In this document: positions 41,510 to 51,751 of the stretch, piece after piece
Layout: each line of letters opens with the position of its first letter
Position numbering within the stretch: position 1 is the first letter of the stretch
Origin: an uncultured bacterium
GTDB lineage: Bacteria; Patescibacteriota; Minisyncoccia; Phycocordibacterales; DATDWN01
NCBI GenBank assembly: GCA_963727715.1
Contig: CAVSGX010000006.1
Coordinates: forward strand, 12,632-76,631
DNA length: 64,000 bases
Reading direction: 5' to 3'
Made by a program: the position numbers and the translations under genes
Notes under the pieces: generated by a model
Told to the model about the DNA's origin: nothing
The model's database searches: none
The model's input: only the letters and a program-made list of their open reading frames with translations

Positions 41510-42349
41510 TTACAGTGGCACCACTTGACCTTTCGGGACACAAACTTTGTGAACCGGCTGATTGGCGATGAGTGGTCCTTCCACCATACATGAAGCTCCA
41601 TTTTGGCAATCGCTGTTTGTGTTGCATCCGGTTGTTTGACTTGGATTTGTAAATTTAAAAGTGGAGATTATTTGTTTCAATATTATCGGCTGATTTGTGT
41701 TTGTGGTCAGGCAGTCATTGTAGTTTTTTTGTTGTTCGATGTTTTCTGTCTCAATTGGTAGATAGACATCACAATTTGTTGTGCTTGTGTTTAAATTGAT
41801 GACCAAACATTTGTTATTTGTCACAGTGGCATAGTAATAGCTGTTGTATTGGTGATTCATTGCTACGTCGCTCGTTTGATACAAGCAATATGTGACATTG
41901 TTCACGGCTGATTTTTGTCCGGCGGGATTCCAATAATTTGAGTTGGAAAGATTACTTTTGATCGCGTTTATGTCGCCACCTGCCGATGCCTGGTCATTTA
42001 TGACTATGTTGTTTATGTTCGGACAGGCATTTGGGAAGACATTGTAATTGCAATCCCCGATCAACACTTTCGGCTGATGGCCTGAATCGAAAAAACCGGA
42101 TGGATATTGAAACTGAAATCCGTACTGACTATTTGTGTATATTTGCCAGCCGGTAGTTTGGTTGGTCGTGGTTGTGGCTTGGGTATTGTTTGTTAGTTGA
42201 TTGGTTGAAGTCTTGGCTTGCTGTTCGTTGCTTACTTTTGGTGTCGAAAAGTGTTGATAGACGGAGACTCCGCCAAAAGCAACGATCATTACAGCAGCGA
42301 TGATCAGAATACCAACCAAAATTGAAATTCCTTTGTTCATATCCTCCAT
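41510..42349 (-). CDS. Secreted or membrane-anchored Cys/Thr-rich hypothetical protein
   Basis: N-terminal TM, WQIYTNSQYGFQFQYP, IISTFKF; start approximate. Confidence 0.65.
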   Translation of the reverse strand: MEDMNKGISILVGILIIAAVMIVAFGGVSVYQHFSTPKVSNEQQAKTSTNQLTNNTQATTTTNQTTGWQIYTNSQYGFQFQYPSGFFDSGHQPKVLIGDCNYNVFPNACPNINNIVINDQASAGGDINAIKSNLSNSNYWNPAGQKSAVNNVTYCLYQTSDVAMNHQYNSYYYATVTNNKCLVINLNTSTTNCDVYLPIETENIEQQKNYNDCLTTNTNQPIILKQIISTFKFTNPSQTTGCNTNSDCQNGASCMVEGPLIANQPVHKVCVPKGQVVPL

Positions 42350-42411
42350 TGTATCAAATTTGTTTCGAAACATACACTGACCATTTACTACAAAATAACT
42401 CTAAATTCATT

Positions 42412-43008
42412 TTATTTTTTTCTATCATATCTGCCGATCAGCGTGGTTTGTGAAATGATATGCCCGGCCATTGCGTCCAGCACCTCTTTTTTTGTCGCGC
42501 CGGCTTGTAGAGGAGGCGTTGAATCCAGAGCGTACAAATAAAAAATATATCGGTGTTCCCTATCGGGCGGGCACGGAGGCATGTATTTTGTCGCGCCACT
42601 AGTTCCGCTTCCATAAACACCCTTTATAGTCTGTCCTTCTTTTATCTCGCTCTGGTCCGGAGGAATATTAAAAACAATCAAATGGTCCCATATGCCGTCT
42701 GGGCGGATATTTTTGGGGACATCAGGATCTTCCAAAATCAAAACCAATGATTTCGTCTCACTCGGCACATTAGAGATGGCAAGTGGCGGACTTATACTTT
42801 CCCCATCGCAAGTGTATTTTGACGGGATCATCCCACCATCTTCAAAAGCCAAACTTGTTAATTTCATATTTGTAATATTATTTTCGTTATTAAAAATTTC
42901 TCGCGAATTTTGAATTGCTATTCCATTTTTGTTCGGTACCACGGAATGCAGAATCAAAAAAATCAACACCAAAACCACAATTACCGCAAAAATCAGCAAA
43001 TACTTCAT
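42412..43008 (-). CDS. YbhB/YbcL (PEBP) family protein with N-terminal TM
   Basis: IPSKYTCDG, EDPDVP, PPCPP, HRYIFYLYALD. Confidence 0.9.
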   Translation of the reverse strand: MKYLLIFAVIVVLVLIFLILHSVVPNKNGIAIQNSREIFNNENNITNMKLTSLAFEDGGMIPSKYTCDGESISPPLAISNVPSETKSLVLILEDPDVPKNIRPDGIWDHLIVFNIPPDQSEIKEGQTIKGVYGSGTSGATKYMPPCPPDREHRYIFYLYALDSTPPLQAGATKKEVLDAMAGHIISQTTLIGRYDRKK

Positions 43009-43110
43009 ACACAAATTATATCAAATATTGTGTAAAACAACCCAAATCTCCCCTTCTGTATTTTTCCAGTATGTGCGATAATTTAATCATTAATAAACTA
43101 AAAATCACTT

Positions 43111-43518
43111 ATGTTAAAAGAATTCAAACAATTTTTGCTTCGCGGAAATGTTGTTGATTTGGCTGTTGGTGTCGTGGTCGGGGCTGCTTTTGGCACAGTT
43201 GTTACAGCGCTGGTGTCTGATCTACTCACTCCATTTATTGCCGCCATCGCCAAAGTCCCTGATTTTTCAGGATTGTATTTTGTCATCAACAATAGCAAAT
43301 TTATGTACGGCCACTTTATCAATGCTTTCATTTCATTTCTACTGGTATCGGTCGCGATATTTTTCTTTGTTATCAAACCGATGAATTTTTTGATTTCTCG
43401 TTCAAAAAAAGAATTGCCGGCAGATCCAACCACCAAAAAATGTCCGGAATGTTTAAGCGAAATTCCTATTGAAGCCAAGCGCTGTTCTCACTGCACTCAA
43501 ATTGTAATTTCCAAATAA
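43111..43518 (+). CDS. mscL: Large-conductance mechanosensitive channel with C-terminal Zn ribbon
   Basis: EFKQFLLRGNVVDLAVGVVVGAAF; CPEC...CSHC. Confidence 0.93.
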   Translation: MLKEFKQFLLRGNVVDLAVGVVVGAAFGTVVTALVSDLLTPFIAAIAKVPDFSGLYFVINNSKFMYGHFINAFISFLLVSVAIFFFVIKPMNFLISRSKKELPADPTTKKCPECLSEIPIEAKRCSHCTQIVISK

Positions 43519-43863
43519 TCGTTTATTATTTGACTTTTGTCAAAAGAACTGGTATTTTTAATAGTGGAGATTTAATATGTCTTGCAGAAAAAGGTAATTA
43601 AGACTATGTTATGAAATTTTAAAAAATTTTGGAAGATTTTTTACTTCTAGTTTTTGGAAAGGAGTTTTTAAAAATGATTTTTGGTTTGGTACCAGAACTA
43701 CCCTTATCATTTTGCGAGCATTTGTCGTGGTAGGAATTCGAGATATAATCTCAATAATTCTTATTCCCGGATATCCTCCAAAACCAGATAAAGCTGAAGT
43801 AAATGAAATCGTGACACATTTTCATAATGATTGAACGGGTAGTGATTCTACTCGTCTTTCTTT

Positions 43864-44136
43864 TTATAAAAAGGGTATCCAAGAAAAATCTTCTCTGTTG
43901 TATTCTGATGAATGTTCTTTCAGAATGGAAACAGCCTTTTCTCCGTTGATATATCCCAGCACATCATTTGTTCCGGGGTTAACAATAGTAAAACCGCTTT
44001 CAGGGAAGTGGTTGGTACTTTTCTCACCATTTTTCCAGACTACAGGGACCAGATAATAACCATTTTCAATTTTGATGTCTCCTCGTCCATTTCCCTCTTT
44101 TGAACCTTTACCGTTTGAAATTTTTTCGAAAGTCAT
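43864..44136 (-). CDS. Hypothetical protein
   Basis: 90-aa ORF with AGGA upstream. Confidence 0.5.
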   Translation of the reverse strand: MTFEKISNGKGSKEGNGRGDIKIENGYYLVPVVWKNGEKSTNHFPESGFTIVNPGTNDVLGYINGEKAVSILKEHSSEYNREDFSWIPFL

Positions 44137-44215
44137 ACTGGTATCCTAACAAATAAATACAAAAAAACATAATTTCAAAAATGCGGATGATGTGTTCTTG
44201 TGCTAGAATTTCCGT

Positions 44216-45478
44216 ATGGCTCATCACAAATATTTTTTTGATTATGCTTCCACTACTCCGCTTGATCCGAAAGTTCTTTCGGCTATGCTCCCATATTTCA
44301 ATGAAAAATTCGGCAACCCCTCCAATCTTTATAAATTTGGTCGTGAGGCCAATCGAGCTGTGGCAGAAGCGACAAAAACTATTTCTGGTGTTTTGAATTG
44401 CCGGCCGGATGAATTCATCTACACCGGCTCGGCCACTGAGGCCGATAACTTGGCCATTCTTGGCGTGGCTCGGGCAAATAAAAACAAAGGCCGGCGGGTT
44501 ATCGTTTCGCAAGTGGAACACAAAGGAATTCTAGCCATGTCTGAAATTTTGAAAAAGGAAGGATTTGAAGTTGTGGAGTTGCCGGTAGGCAGTGACGGAC
44601 TCGTCAAAATTTCCAATCTGTTAAAACTTTTGATCCCGGAGACAATTTTAATTTCCGTCACTTCAGCCGACAGCGAAACAGGCACTCTTCAGCCGATTGA
44701 CGAGATTGCCGAAATTATTAAAAGATTTCGTCAAAAAAATAAATCCACACTCCCATATTTTCACACCGATGCCAGCCAAGCCGCGACTTATCTTGATCTG
44801 GATACAGAGAAACTTGGCGTGGATATGATGACCATTTCGGCGCATAAAATTTACGGGCCAAAAGGTGTCGGCGGACTTTATGTGCGTCGTGGAGTCAACA
44901 TCCAGCCGATTATTTATGGAGGAAGTGGAGGTCTGCGAAGCGGTACCGAAAATGTACCGGGCATTGTCGGTTTGGCTGAGGCTTTGCAAATGAACAAGAA
45001 AAATAAAAAAACGGAAAACGCGCGAATAAAAAAACTACGCGACATTCTGGAAAAAGGAATTTTCAAGTCAGTTCCAAAAGTGGTGTTAAATGGTCACAAA
45101 ACAAAACGTCTGCCGAATTTTCTGAACATTTCCATTTTGGATGTTGAAGGCGAGGCGATGCTTCTCATGCTAGATGAGCTTGGTATAATGGTTGGCACGG
45201 GCTCGGCTTGCAATTCGCTTTCGCTTGAGCCGTCGTATGTTTTGACCGCGCTAGGTAATCCATATGAATTTGTCCACGGCAGTTTGAGATTTACCCTAGG
45301 CCATGGCAATACAATGTCCGATATTAAATATGTTTTAAAACACCTGCCGATTATTGTTAAAAAATTGCGGGCCATCTCGCCACTTGATCTGTCGCTTCAG
45401 CAAAAGAAAAAAATTTCTGATCCGCGGGCTTTTGTCGGAAATCAAACGCCACATTTTTTAAGAAATAAAAAGAAATGA
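44216..45478 (+). CDS. iscS: Cysteine desulfurase (IscS/NifS type)
   Basis: DYASTTP, GNPS, SAHKIYGPKGVG, GSACNS. Confidence 0.92.
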   Translation: MAHHKYFFDYASTTPLDPKVLSAMLPYFNEKFGNPSNLYKFGREANRAVAEATKTISGVLNCRPDEFIYTGSATEADNLAILGVARANKNKGRRVIVSQVEHKGILAMSEILKKEGFEVVELPVGSDGLVKISNLLKLLIPETILISVTSADSETGTLQPIDEIAEIIKRFRQKNKSTLPYFHTDASQAATYLDLDTEKLGVDMMTISAHKIYGPKGVGGLYVRRGVNIQPIIYGGSGGLRSGTENVPGIVGLAEALQMNKKNKKTENARIKKLRDILEKGIFKSVPKVVLNGHKTKRLPNFLNISILDVEGEAMLLMLDELGIMVGTGSACNSLSLEPSYVLTALGNPYEFVHGSLRFTLGHGNTMSDIKYVLKHLPIIVKKLRAISPLDLSLQQKKKISDPRAFVGNQTPHFLRNKKK

Positions 45479-46146
45479 AAAAAAAGATTACAAAAAAATC
45501 AAAACCCGATGTGGTCAACAAACACACAGGCGACTCATGGGCTTACACGAAAGAAGTACGAGAGCATTTTTTCAAGCCGAAAAATCTGCTTTGGCAGAAA
45601 CCAAGCGAGGCAAAATACGATGCCGAGGGCATTGTCGGTTCGCCGGCTTGCGGAGATGTTATGCGGGTTTGGCTCAATATCAATCCAAAAAAAGACACAA
45701 TCACCGAATTTAAATGGCGGACATTCGGTTGCGCTTCAGCCATCGCTTCCACCTCAATTCTTTCTGTCATGGTCACGGAAAAAGGTGGAATGAAAATCAA
45801 CAAAGCTTTGCAGATTCGCCCGCAGGATATTTTGAAACGGCTCGGCGGACTGCCGGACAGAAAAATCCACTGCTCGGTTCTCGGCGACAAAGCTTTGCGA
45901 GCGGCGCTGAATGATTGGTTCAAGAAAACGGGACAATTCTCGCGGATTGTCATTGATGGCCGACAAATTATTGATCCGAACACAAAAGTGACCGAAGCGG
46001 ATATTGAAGAAGCGGTGTTGGAAGGGGCCACTACTCTTCTTGCCGTGCAAAAGCGTACCAAGGTCGGCATTGGCTACCCTGAATGTTTGCCGAAAGTGGA
46101 AGAGCTCATCCGTTTTTATCGCGAAAAATATTTTGGCAAAGAATGA
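45475..46146 (+). CDS. IscU/NifU-N scaffold with C-terminal BFD-like domain
   Basis: PACGD, TFGCASAIAS, KIHCSVLG; IEEAVLEGA...TKVGIGYPEC. Confidence 0.88.
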   Translation: MKKKITKKSKPDVVNKHTGDSWAYTKEVREHFFKPKNLLWQKPSEAKYDAEGIVGSPACGDVMRVWLNINPKKDTITEFKWRTFGCASAIASTSILSVMVTEKGGMKINKALQIRPQDILKRLGGLPDRKIHCSVLGDKALRAALNDWFKKTGQFSRIVIDGRQIIDPNTKVTEADIEEAVLEGATTLLAVQKRTKVGIGYPECLPKVEELIRFYREKYFGKE

Positions 46147-46388
46147 AAAAAAATAATTCAAAAAAAATAGAAAAGCAGATAGAAAAAATAATCGCCAAAG
46201 TCCGTCCGTATGTGCAAATGCACGGTGGTGATGTTTTTTTGCTTGATGTCAGTGACAATGTAGTGACACTTCAGGTCGTCGGTGCCTGCAAAGATTGCTC
46301 TTTGTCCGATTTGACATATAATAAGATGTTGGGGGGAATCATCAGAGATGAAATTCCGGAGATTAAAGAAATAATAATTAAAAAATAA
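46143..46388 (+). CDS. NifU C-terminal (Nfu) domain protein
   Basis: VRPYVQMHGGD, GACKDC. Confidence 0.88.
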   Translation: MKKNNSKKIEKQIEKIIAKVRPYVQMHGGDVFLLDVSDNVVTLQVVGACKDCSLSDLTYNKMLGGIIRDEIPEIKEIIIKK

Positions 46389-46432
46389 TAGGCTAAAACA
46401 TTTTGATTACAAAATGTTCGCCCGAGAAAAAT

Positions 46433-46693
46433 ATGACAAATACAAAAGAATACGTTCGTAGCAAAGAAGGTTCAAATATCGGCAAAATTGTTATTGATCG
46501 CGATCTTTGTATCGGAGCGGCCAGTTGTGTAGCTGTTTCTGGCGTGACATACGAGCTGGACGGCGAAACCAAAGCGGTCGTTTTGGATGCAAACACCGTT
46601 GATGACGAAACACTGATAATGTCAGCTGAATCCTGCCCAACTAAAGCTATAATTTTATTTGACAAAGAAGGCAAGCAAATTTTTCCAAAATAG
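46433..46693 (+). CDS. Monocluster ferredoxin
   Basis: DRDLCIGAASCV...AESCPTKAI. Confidence 0.88.
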   Translation: MTNTKEYVRSKEGSNIGKIVIDRDLCIGAASCVAVSGVTYELDGETKAVVLDANTVDDETLIMSAESCPTKAIILFDKEGKQIFPK

Positions 46694-46698
46694 TTTTC

Positions 46699-47964
46699 AT
46701 GCAATCTTACAAATATCTAATCATCGGTGGTGGCGCGGCTGGGACTTCGGCGGCCGAAACAATACGACAAAAGGATGTCGATGGGACTATTGCCATTGTC
46801 AGCGATGAGGTTCACCCGCTTTACTCGCGGGTTATGCTTTCCAAACCGAATTTTTTTCTGGGCAAAATTCCTTTTGATCAGATTTGGATGAAAGGGCTGG
46901 ATTGGTATGACAAAAATAAAATAATTTTTATCGGTGGCAAAACAGCGACCACTCTTGACGCGGAGAAAAAAATTATCACTTTGGATAGTGGCGAGCAAAT
47001 TTCCTACGAAAAACTTTTGTTGGCCACGGGGGTCCGTCCTCGCTTGTGGACTGTGTCCGGCAAAGACAAAAAGGGCGTTTATTATTTGCGGACACTTGAG
47101 GACGGCAAGACAATAATGGAAGCTATAAAAACAGCAAAAAAAGCAGTGACCATCGGTGGTGGGTTCATTGGTTTTGAAATGGCCGACCTAATGCAGTTGG
47201 CCGGTTTGGATACCACTATGATTTTGCGCGAGGATTATTTCTGGCAACCGACTCTGGACGAAGCATCCGGCAAAATGATTGAAGATGCTCTGACAAAATC
47301 CGGAGTAAAAATTTTGAAAAATGCCGAAGTGGCAGAAGTGCTTGGCGATGAAAATGTTAAAGCTGTGGCACTCAAAGACGGTACGAAAATAAACTGCGAA
47401 ATGATAATTTGTGGCATCGGCATTGTTCCGCCTGCTCTTGATTGGCTGAAATCGGCCGGTCTTGGTGTTGGTAACGGTATTTTGGCTGATGAATTTTTAC
47501 AAACGAATTTGTCCGATGTTTGGACAGCCGGCGACATCGCCGAGTACAAAGATTTGCTTTTGGAAGAAAAAATCCAGCTCGGCAACTGGGTCAACGCTCA
47601 CGAGCAAGGTCGCGTGGCAGGGCTCAATATGGTCGCTTCGGCAAATGTTTCCGGCGCGGAGAAAACCGCTTTTCGTTTTGTTTCTTTTTACACCACTGCC
47701 GGCGCCGGCATCAGTATCGCTTTTGTTGGCGACACTCGTCCCCTGCCGGATCGTGTCATAATAAAACGCGGTTCGCCGGAGATAAATTCATACGCGCGAA
47801 TTTTAATTGATGAAAAAAATGAACTTGTCGGCGCCACGATGATAAACCGCATCGCCGAGATGTCCACCATTTCCAAACTAATTGAAAACAATATAGATGT
47901 CTCTTCTCATCACCCTGACCTGGCCAACCCAAATTTTGATTTGAAAAAATTGTTGGCAAAGTAA
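46699..47964 (+). CDS. FAD/NAD(P)-dependent oxidoreductase (ferredoxin/rubredoxin reductase-like)
   Basis: GGGAAG, LATG, GGGFIGFE, TAGDIA. Confidence 0.88.
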   Translation: MQSYKYLIIGGGAAGTSAAETIRQKDVDGTIAIVSDEVHPLYSRVMLSKPNFFLGKIPFDQIWMKGLDWYDKNKIIFIGGKTATTLDAEKKIITLDSGEQISYEKLLLATGVRPRLWTVSGKDKKGVYYLRTLEDGKTIMEAIKTAKKAVTIGGGFIGFEMADLMQLAGLDTTMILREDYFWQPTLDEASGKMIEDALTKSGVKILKNAEVAEVLGDENVKAVALKDGTKINCEMIICGIGIVPPALDWLKSAGLGVGNGILADEFLQTNLSDVWTAGDIAEYKDLLLEEKIQLGNWVNAHEQGRVAGLNMVASANVSGAEKTAFRFVSFYTTAGAGISIAFVGDTRPLPDRVIIKRGSPEINSYARILIDEKNELVGATMINRIAEMSTISKLIENNIDVSSHHPDLANPNFDLKKLLAK

Positions 47965-48010
47965 TTTTTTATAAAAAAAACCCGTGTGATTGGTCACGGG
48001 TGGTGTTTTC

Positions 48011-48457
48011 CTATCTATTCACCAGAACTTCGTACATCTCTTTGATTGGACGAGGAGGATAACAATAATGGCAATTGTCATCATTGAAAATCATATAGAC
48101 CCCGAAACTCATTTCAAATCTGAGTTGACGCACGTTGAACTTCATTCGTTCGACAGGTATTCTGTCAACAAAAATTTTTCCGTCTCTTTTGGAGATTTCT
48201 ATTCTTCTGACACCAGTGCTTGAAAGATCCGCTCCAGTGACAAACACCAAATCTTCACCGGACAAACTTTTGTCTTCTAGAAAAGAACTTATGCATCCAA
48301 TCTTTTCATCTGGGATTTCAATTTCCAACCCACAATTTCTCAACTCATCGAAAATGCTAAAATTGGCGTCAATTTGATGACGTGACAATTGGCCTAAAAA
48401 ATTTCTCAATTCTGTCAATTGAAAAGCATTGAATACCTGTCCAACTGTCAGTTTCAT
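48011..48457 (-). CDS. Orphan hypothetical protein (stand-alone cassette)
   Basis: 148-aa ORF, GGAG SD, hairpin at 47981-48000. Confidence 0.55.
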   Translation of the reverse strand: MKLTVGQVFNAFQLTELRNFLGQLSRHQIDANFSIFDELRNCGLEIEIPDEKIGCISSFLEDKSLSGEDLVFVTGADLSSTGVRRIEISKRDGKIFVDRIPVERMKFNVRQLRFEMSFGVYMIFNDDNCHYCYPPRPIKEMYEVLVNR

Positions 48458-48479
48458 TGGATTGTCTCCGTATACTATA

Positions 48480-50522
48480 CTACATAGAAATCGTAATATG
48501 TAAAGTGCTACCTATCATCATTCTGGCATCTATCACGGTCGCGCTAAGATCGGTGGCCATAACTGGGTTGAGGTCAATCTCTTTTATTTCAGGATGATGA
48601 ATGGCCAGTTCCGAAAGATTTACAATAATTTCGGCGAGCAAATCAAAATCAACCGACTTCTCGCCACGCAAACCTCGCAAAATTTCAATACCCTTTATTT
48701 CACTCATCATTTCCAAAGCTTCTTCTTTTTTGATCGGGGCGACACGCAGTGAAGTGTCTTTGATAGCTTCGGCTAAAATTCCACCGAGACCGAAAAGAAT
48801 TGTTGGGCCGAAAGTCTCGTCGCGCTTCATACCGATAATGACTTCCCTGCCGGAAACCATCGGTTGAATAAGCATACCGTCGATATGAACCCTCGGATTG
48901 TTGTGGCGAATAGTGTCCCAAGCTTTCTCGGCATCGTTTATTGTTTTTAAGTTTAAAATTATGGCGCCGGAATCTGTTTTGTGAACAATGCACGGCGACT
49001 CGGCTTTCATGGCAAAGTTTGTAAATTTCAACTTTTTCAAGATAGGCCCAAGCTCAAATTTTTCTTTAACCAAAATTCCGCTAAGCGGGATATTGTATTC
49101 GGCCAACAAGTCAAAAGTATTTTCAAAGTTCATCATTTTGATTTTTTGGTTAGCGTTTTTTACAAACTCCTGGTGGTTTTTGTGAAGACCGAAAGCCAGT
49201 GAGTCTAAGGCCGAAATGGCGTCTTCAGGAAAACTGAAATTAACCATTTTATTTTGTCGCAAAATTTTCAGGGCCGGGTCAATTTGCGATCCACCAAGAA
49301 AAACCGGAATAATCGGTTTCTTGTCGTGATACTTTTGAACCAACTCGGCTGTTTTTTCCGTCTCGGTCATCATTTGAGGCGTAACTAAAAGCAAAATAGC
49401 GTCGCTGTTTTTTTCTTCCGACAAAATTTCCAAAGCTTTTTCGAACCTGTCGGCTAAAGCGTCGCCGATAATATCCACAGGGTTTCCTACCGCGGCCATT
49501 GGGGGCAAAACCGCTCGCAATTTTTCTTTTGTTTTTTCTGGAATATTGGCCAATGAAAGAGAATATGATGTGTCCACTAAATCAGCCACTATCACTGATG
49601 GTCCGCCACCATTTGTCAAAATACAGATTTTTTGCAGTGGTTTGTAAAGGCCTGTTTGAAAAAGTTTGGCCATATCGAAAAACTCATGAATAGAATTTAC
49701 ACAAATGACCCCGGCTTGTTTGCAAGCCGACGAGAAAACAGCGTCGTCCGGGGCCAAAGAACCGGTGTGAGACGAGACGGCTTTAGCTCCACCGACGCTT
49801 CGGCCGGCTTTGAGGACGATGATCGGTTTTGTTTCAGTTATTTTTTTAGCTAATTCTATAAAAGCTGGTCCATCGGAAAGTTTTTCCAAATAAATCAAGA
49901 TGGATTTCGTTTCCTGATCTTCTGCCAGAAATCTCAGAAAATCAATTTCCGTCAAATTGGCTTCATTACCCAAACTTATGAATTTGGAAAAACCGACATT
50001 TTCGGAAAGAGCCATGTCCAAAAGGGCGGCGCCTAAAGCGCCCGACTGTGACAGAAAAGCGATGCTCCCCGTCGGAGGATTATCGGGAGCAAATGTGCAA
50101 TTAAAGTTTTCCTGCGTGGAGATTGTGCCTAGACAATTTGGTCCAAGTAGATTGATTCCATTTTGTTTGGCGATTTCAGCTATTTTTTTCTCAAGTTCTT
50201 CGCCGGACGGACCGATTTCTTTAAAACCGGCAGAGATGACAATGACATTTTTAATTTTCTTTTCGGCGCATTCTGACATAATTTTCGGCACCAAATTGGA
50301 ACGAACGGCGATGATAGCCAGATCAACCGGCCCCTTGATGTCTAGAACAGATAAACAAGCAGCAACACCCAAAATTTTTTTCTCGGAAATGCTGACGGGG
50401 AAAACAACCCGTTTGCTTCCGCCTAGCAGGTTTTTCATCAGAGCGAATCCAACTTTGCTTTCGTCGCTTGAAGCGCCGATCACAGCTACTGATTTTGGAT
50501 TGAAAAAATTTTCAAGATTCAT
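48480..50522 (-). CDS. ADP-forming acetate--CoA ligase, fused alpha/beta
   Basis: SVAVIGAS, GPNCLG, SQSGA, SHTGSLA, HKTD, EIDLNP. Confidence 0.92.
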   Translation of the reverse strand: MNLENFFNPKSVAVIGASSDESKVGFALMKNLLGGSKRVVFPVSISEKKILGVAACLSVLDIKGPVDLAIIAVRSNLVPKIMSECAEKKIKNVIVISAGFKEIGPSGEELEKKIAEIAKQNGINLLGPNCLGTISTQENFNCTFAPDNPPTGSIAFLSQSGALGAALLDMALSENVGFSKFISLGNEANLTEIDFLRFLAEDQETKSILIYLEKLSDGPAFIELAKKITETKPIIVLKAGRSVGGAKAVSSHTGSLAPDDAVFSSACKQAGVICVNSIHEFFDMAKLFQTGLYKPLQKICILTNGGGPSVIVADLVDTSYSLSLANIPEKTKEKLRAVLPPMAAVGNPVDIIGDALADRFEKALEILSEEKNSDAILLLVTPQMMTETEKTAELVQKYHDKKPIIPVFLGGSQIDPALKILRQNKMVNFSFPEDAISALDSLAFGLHKNHQEFVKNANQKIKMMNFENTFDLLAEYNIPLSGILVKEKFELGPILKKLKFTNFAMKAESPCIVHKTDSGAIILNLKTINDAEKAWDTIRHNNPRVHIDGMLIQPMVSGREVIIGMKRDETFGPTILFGLGGILAEAIKDTSLRVAPIKKEEALEMMSEIKGIEILRGLRGEKSVDFDLLAEIIVNLSELAIHHPEIKEIDLNPVMATDLSATVIDARMMIGSTLHITISM

Positions 50523-50526
50523 TTAT

Positions 50527-50658
50527 CCGCACACTAACATTACCATCGCTTTTCTATTCTGCTTTGGAATATTTGTGTTATTTATATTTATTATTAAATT
50601 CGACATTTTATTTTGATGTTCACTGAAAAAGCAGAATAATGGCAATGTTAGTGTGCGG
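50527..50658. mobile_element. Non-coding 132-bp inverted-repeat element (family B, empty)
   Basis: 19/20-bp TIR starting CCGCACACTAAC; ATTTAT direct repeats at 50521-50526 and 50659-50664. Confidence 0.8.
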
Positions 50659-50660
50659 AT

Positions 50661-51443
50661 TTATTTGTACAATTCTTCCTCAAATGTTGACTTCTCGACT
50701 TGATAAAAAATGCCAAGAGGAACTTTGTCGCTGACCTCGGAAACTTTTTCCATCGCCGTTTTCAAATCGGTTTTTGGAAAATCTTCCGAGATCCAATAGA
50801 TCCGTTCTTTGAAATAATCTCTGGTATCAAAAAATGTGATGCATGGCTGAATAATGTCCACAAAAGAAAAACCTTTGTGAGCAATCGCCTCCCCCATTAT
50901 TTTTTCCGTGCCAGCGATGTCTCCGGCGTATGTCCGAGCCACGAAAGTCGCGCCGGCGGAAAGCAAAAGCAAAAGTGGATTGATCGGTTCCTCAATACTG
51001 CCAAATGGCGTTGATTTTCCTTTGAAACCTTTCGGGCTGACCGCGTCAAACTGGCCGGTGGTTAGAGCAAAAATACGGTTGTCGTGCACAAACAAATTTA
51101 CGTCGGAATTTCTTTTGGCAGCGTGGATCAAATGTTCTAGCCCTTCGTCGTATGAGTCGCCGTCGCCGGAAAAACCGATAATGGTCAGCGAAGGATTAGC
51201 TATTTTGGCGCCGGTCATAGATGGGATCAACCGCCCGTGAAGCGAGGTGAAAGAATTGAGATTCAAATAATCGGAAATTTTACCATGGCAACCAATGCCG
51301 GCAAATGTGGCAATATTTTCCGGTTCCAATTTTCCTTCAGTCACCAAATCGGAAATAACTTTACGGAAAGCTACCAAAATCTGCGAGTTTGGACAACCCG
51401 GGCACCATGTTATTTTTGCTGTAGTTTGTAAATTTAGTTCCAT
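50661..51443 (-). CDS. 2-oxoacid:ferredoxin oxidoreductase beta subunit
   Basis: WCPGC, GIGC, GDGD, LTTGQ, QPCITF. Confidence 0.93.
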   Translation of the reverse strand: MELNLQTTAKITWCPGCPNSQILVAFRKVISDLVTEGKLEPENIATFAGIGCHGKISDYLNLNSFTSLHGRLIPSMTGAKIANPSLTIIGFSGDGDSYDEGLEHLIHAAKRNSDVNLFVHDNRIFALTTGQFDAVSPKGFKGKSTPFGSIEEPINPLLLLLSAGATFVARTYAGDIAGTEKIMGEAIAHKGFSFVDIIQPCITFFDTRDYFKERIYWISEDFPKTDLKTAMEKVSEVSDKVPLGIFYQVEKSTFEEELYK

Positions 51444-51448
51444 TTATC

Positions 51449-51749
51449 CCGCACACTAACTCTCATTTTGATTCGCCAGTGTGTCTTTTAATCTTAATTT
51501 TAATTGATTCCTTGCCTGACCACGTAATTTTAACATTTTTTCTCTTCTTCGCGAATCAGTTCCTACTTCATATGCTTCGTAATATATAAGTTTGTAAGGT
51601 TTCTTATTTTTTGTTGATTCAACCCCACCTTTATTATGTTCTATGATTCTACGTTTGAGATTATTTGTCGAACCGATGTAAAGCTGACCATATTTTTTAC
51701 TTTTTATCACATAGACATAGAACATAATGAAATGAGAGTTAGTGTGCGG
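51449..51749. mobile_element. 301-bp inverted-repeat element carrying GIY-YIG ORF (family B, coding)
   Basis: Perfect 20-bp TIR CCGCACACTAACTCTCATTT; ATTTAT at 51442-51447 and 51750-51755. Confidence 0.82.
51456..51725 (-). CDS. Small GIY-YIG nuclease
   Basis: FYVYVI...LYIGST..LKRR..EHN, LIYYE, RRE. Confidence 0.9.
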   Translation of the reverse strand: MFYVYVIKSKKYGQLYIGSTNNLKRRIIEHNKGGVESTKNKKPYKLIYYEAYEVGTDSRRREKMLKLRGQARNQLKLRLKDTLANQNES

Positions 51750-51751
51750 AT